In this document: in pieces, positions 60,229 to 64,000 of the stretch
Position numbering within the stretch: position 1 is the stretch's first letter
How the letters are laid out: the number at the start of each line of letters is the position of its first letter
Origin: Massalongia carnosa
Taxonomy: Eukaryota
Direction of reading: 5' to 3'
Length of the DNA stretch: 64,000 nucleotides
NCBI GenBank assembly: GCA_965645245.1
Contig: OZ287074.1
Location: 310,001 to 374,000, forward strand
The notes under the pieces: model-generated
The model's database searches: none
Seen by the model: only the letters and a program-made list of their open reading frames with translations
Told to the model about the DNA's origin: nothing
Position numbers and translations under genes: made by a program

Positions 60229-62721
60229 ATGTTATTTAGATTGAACTGTTTCAGCTTAGCAGTTCATTATTTCTCTGCTGTTTCAATTCACCGTCACCGG
60301 TCCATACAGTCTCTATTCTCCAAACCTCAATTAAGTGCAAAGAGTATTCTGTTAACGGCGAAGAGGAAAAGCTATACCGTAGTAGCGGCGCATAAGCGTC
60401 CACTTGTGATAGCACCGGTATCAAATCCGCTGCAAATGAGTAGCCTATCTCTTTCGGTGCGGAGGGCAAGTCGACGAAAAGCCTCGCAGGCGAAAGCTGA
60501 ACCTACCTCGATGAACCCTGATGATAATCCAAATGTCCTTGATGGGCCTCAAGCATTGCGTGCGTCTCCAGATGCAGACGGGCTGGACGAGCGGTTGAAT
60601 TTAGAGCACGCCGGATTGATTATCGAGAAACAGGTGAAGGAAGAAACCGAAGATGCTCCCTTGCTGATCTCTGGCGATGAATATGATTCGCCTCTCTCGG
60701 AGCTATCATATGTAGAGTCACCGGTCAAGGCGACCAACTCAAAAATAAGATCTACCAGCGGCATGCGCGTTAAAAGCGAGGGCGGCGCAGGATCACACAA
60801 GAAAATAGCTCAGGCTGCAAAACCTAGATCGGATCCTGCTAGGGACCATCAGTTCCTTGATCCAGAAGCGGAAGGCGACGAAGAGGCTGATGAGGAAGAA
60901 ATTCAAGCTGCATTATCGCGGCCGCCCCCTGTGAATAGCGATTACCTCCCTCTACCTTGGAAAGGCCGACTAGGATATGTAGGGCAAAATATGTTTCACC
61001 CGGATATATGCTAACTTGAGTAAGGCATGTTTAAATACTTATTTGCGTTTTTCGAACCCACCTGTCTTCAGCTCTCGAACCTGTCGCATCGCATCGATTT
61101 TAGAAAACCGGCATCCGCTTAAAGAACCAAACGAGCCTCCGCACGCTACAAAAAATAGACCTGATAGGGATCAGCCTGCAAGTGTCGAACGGGGACAAGC
61201 GTTTGTGGAGAGTCTTGGGCTAGCCAATGCAAGAGATATTGTAAAGATGCTTAAGTGGAATGATCGGTATGGCATCAAGTTTTTAAGGTTGAGTAGCGAA
61301 ATGTTTCCCTTTGCAAGTCATGAAGAGTACGGCTACAGATTAGCTCCTTTTGCCGCTGGAGTACTTGCGGAAGCTGGCAAAGTTGCAGCAGAGTTAGGTC
61401 ATAGACTGACCACTCATCCTGGCCAGGTAAGTTTTTTTACACTATCCTTTTTCACTTAATTAACCGCCCTTCATAGTTCACCCAGTTAGGATCGCCACGA
61501 AATCAAGTCATCTTAAATGCTATCCGTGATTTAGATTATCATGCGGAGCTCCTGAGCTTGCTCAAACTACCGCCCCAACAGAACCGAGACGCCGTCATGA
61601 TTCTGCATCTTGGGGGGGTTTTTGGGGACAAGTCCGCAACCCTTGATCGCTTTCGAGAGAACTATAAAGGCCTGTCCCAAAATATCAAAGACCGATTGGT
61701 TCTAGAGAACGATGATGTCAGTTGGTCAGTACATGATCTTTTGCCATTATGTGAAGAACTGAATATCCCGATGGTGCTTGATTTCCATCATCATAACATA
61801 GTCTTTGATTCCCAACAAATTCGGGAGGGTACCAAGGATATCACACAACTCTATCCCAGAATACTTGCGACTTGGAAGAGGAAAAACATAACGCCGAAAA
61901 TGCATTATTCTGAACCAATCCCCTCTGCAATAACGGGGATGCAGCGTAGGAAGCACAGTCCTCGAGTTGCTACTCTACCACCATGCCCTCCCCAGATGGA
62001 CCTTATGATCGAAGCCAAGGATAAAGAGCAAGCGGTGTTTGAACTCATGCGAACGTTCAGGCTCCCAGGTTTTGATAGTTTTAACGACATCATTCCGCAT
62101 GTTCGAAAAGATGACAACAAGCCCGTAAAGCTAGCAAAGAAGGAAACACCTCGAAAAAAGGCCAAGAAAGCCCAGGCTAGGGACGAAGATCTCGAGATGG
62201 TGGATGAAATTATGAATGCTGAAGAAGATCGTGTCCAGGCTGAGATTGCGGACGAAGATGTTGGAATGGGGGGCCCTGACGGACGGGTTTACTGGCCACC
62301 TAGCATGGAGCACTGGCTACGACCTGTGAAGAAGGTGTTGAAGCCCAAGAATCCAGGTCGTCTTGATGAGAAGGAGAAAGCCACGCCAGCAAAGAAGCGA
62401 AAAGCTGGGGCAGATCCCACAGAAGCAACGGCGAAACTCGAAGACGAAGCCCGTCAAAATACTGATCCGATCGCAGCGGCTGCCCCACCCACGCCGGCGA
62501 AAAGATCAAAAACCATGACCAAGGCTAATGCCAAGAAAGCAGCACCTTCGAAAAAGGCTGCTAAAAGTGTACTCGCGCCGTCGGCCTCTGATCATGAGAT
62601 GTTTGATCCCTATCTCGATGGCTCGAAGGAGCCAGCTCCAATTTTGGCACCAGTCAAGCCACCGGTTCGAAAGAGCGCGAGAGCCAAGAAAATCAGCCAT
62701 GCAACGAATAAAGAGTTATGA
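60229..62721 (+). CDS. UVE1: UV-damage endonuclease UVDE
   Basis: WKGRLGY/ACLNTYLR, FLRLSSEMFPFASH, HPGQ/FTQLGSP, LVLENDD, LDFHHH, MIEAKDKEQA; two introns; start 60229 or 60436. Confidence 0.95.
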
Positions 62722-63296
62722 CGATTAAGAACACCATGGGCTGATGCCACGAGAATGATGTATGGTTGGCTCATTCAGTTTGAAAAAGACATAGTACCTA
62801 TATTACAGGTCGACAGGTATCAGCCGGAAGTTTTGCTTTGCAAGGTCATCCAGTACAAGTGCTACCGAGGGTGCATTTCTGCCCTAAGGTGCTTACTTAG
62901 CCAGCGAATGACGTCGGAGGGAAACCTTTCGGCTACCTTAGCGTCGCTAGCTCTTCAAAAAGCTTGGCATGATGCCTGTCATACTGATCATCTTTGGCGA
63001 CAAACGGCTAAGTAGGTTTGGAATTACGCCTCGTTCTTTCGCGAGGCGTGCCATATGTGGCAGCCCATTGGGCATTGGGTGCATATTGTGGACTACTCAC
63101 ATGGTTGGTCTGGTTCTGGTAACTGTTAGTCTGGCTTTGAGCGATAAATCATCAACAAGATATGTAGCGGGGCTTTCTCAATACTTCTTTTGTTTGCACA
63201 CACAACTGAAAGTATTATTCGATTGTATTATTCTGTTCTGCTTATAAGTTGGCTGCGTTGTTACGACCAGGGTGATATTTATCGCAACTATCGAAT

Positions 63297-64000
63297 ATGG
63301 TGTCTCAACATGTCGTGGAACTATGCCACAGCTCTGCTACCGTGAGCTCAGAGCTGGCCAAACACCCTACAGCTTCGCCTGGAAGTATAGCTAAAACGCT
63401 GTATCACGGTGGCCAAACAGGCCATGTAGGACCTGAGCCACTCAGCAACCGAGTAGTGGATGAGGAGGATTTGGAGAAGGCATTCAGCTGTGGCAAATGG
63501 GGCAATTCTCGGCCTAGTGATCTCTTCTTGAGGGCAAGATCGCTAAATCTTTCGATATGGGTGCGATTCTAAAGAGTTTCACATTCAGATCTATCATGAT
63601 GTTCTATGTACTCTCGAACATGATCCTATGGCGAGCATGACTTCACCACCCTTGATAGGTACCTGTGGCACTGTACCACTGACTATCATTGCACCTTTGC
63701 CCGATATTTGCCGTCACATGTCAAACTGTATTGCCCGGGCCGAAAAGGAGGTTTTGTTGGCCACAAACTACTGGCAATCTTCGGATGCGTCTACATTGAT
63801 CACCAACTCCCTCAAAGAGCTCTCACGTCGTGCTGGAAATCGAGGAGATAGAGCAGTTGTGAAAATCATATTCGATCGAGGAAATCCCAAGCAAGTCAGT
63901 ATATGAGACTCATTCCAAACCAAGCTAATATGCCAGATTTTTGATAACCATCAAATCATCTCACCCGAGGAGTATACCGGAAAGGTAATTCTTTCCAAAC
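63297..64000 (+). CDS. Fungal phospholipase D/nuclease-like protein (3' end outside window)
   Basis: IARAEKEVLLATNYWQSS...KIIFDRGNPKQ PLD-fold segment; first intron 63534-63588 (GC-AG); no HKD motif visible within the window. Confidence 0.65.

Overview
Gene-dense, intron-containing genomic DNA from a filamentous ascomycete (Pezizomycotina; branch sites CTAAC/CTGAC, short GT-AG introns). About 19 host genes: an Acr-2-like Zn2Cys6 factor, two SDRs, a small secreted Cys-rich protein with an in-frame stop, a small TMD0-like membrane protein, GDE1, a histidine acid phosphatase, a TBF1-like telomere-repeat-binding Myb protein, TAF10, MCH1, KCS1, PGA2, MHF1/CENP-S (missed by the ORF track), an NADP-ADH, UVE1, a PLD-like gene and several hypotheticals, plus a decayed butanediol-dehydrogenase-like pseudogene. 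Five cut-and-paste DNA transposons with resolvable ends: three pogo/Fot1 elements (one intact), one intact two-ORF PIF/Harbinger-type element, and an intact Tc1-like (DD37E) element nested in a pogo TIR. The most unusual signal is that this Tc1-like element has CAC...GTG ends and a 5-bp target duplication (CACCT) instead of TA. The uninterrupted sister TIR in the same window supplies the empty-site sequence. All family assignments are by eye from motif recall; no searches were run.
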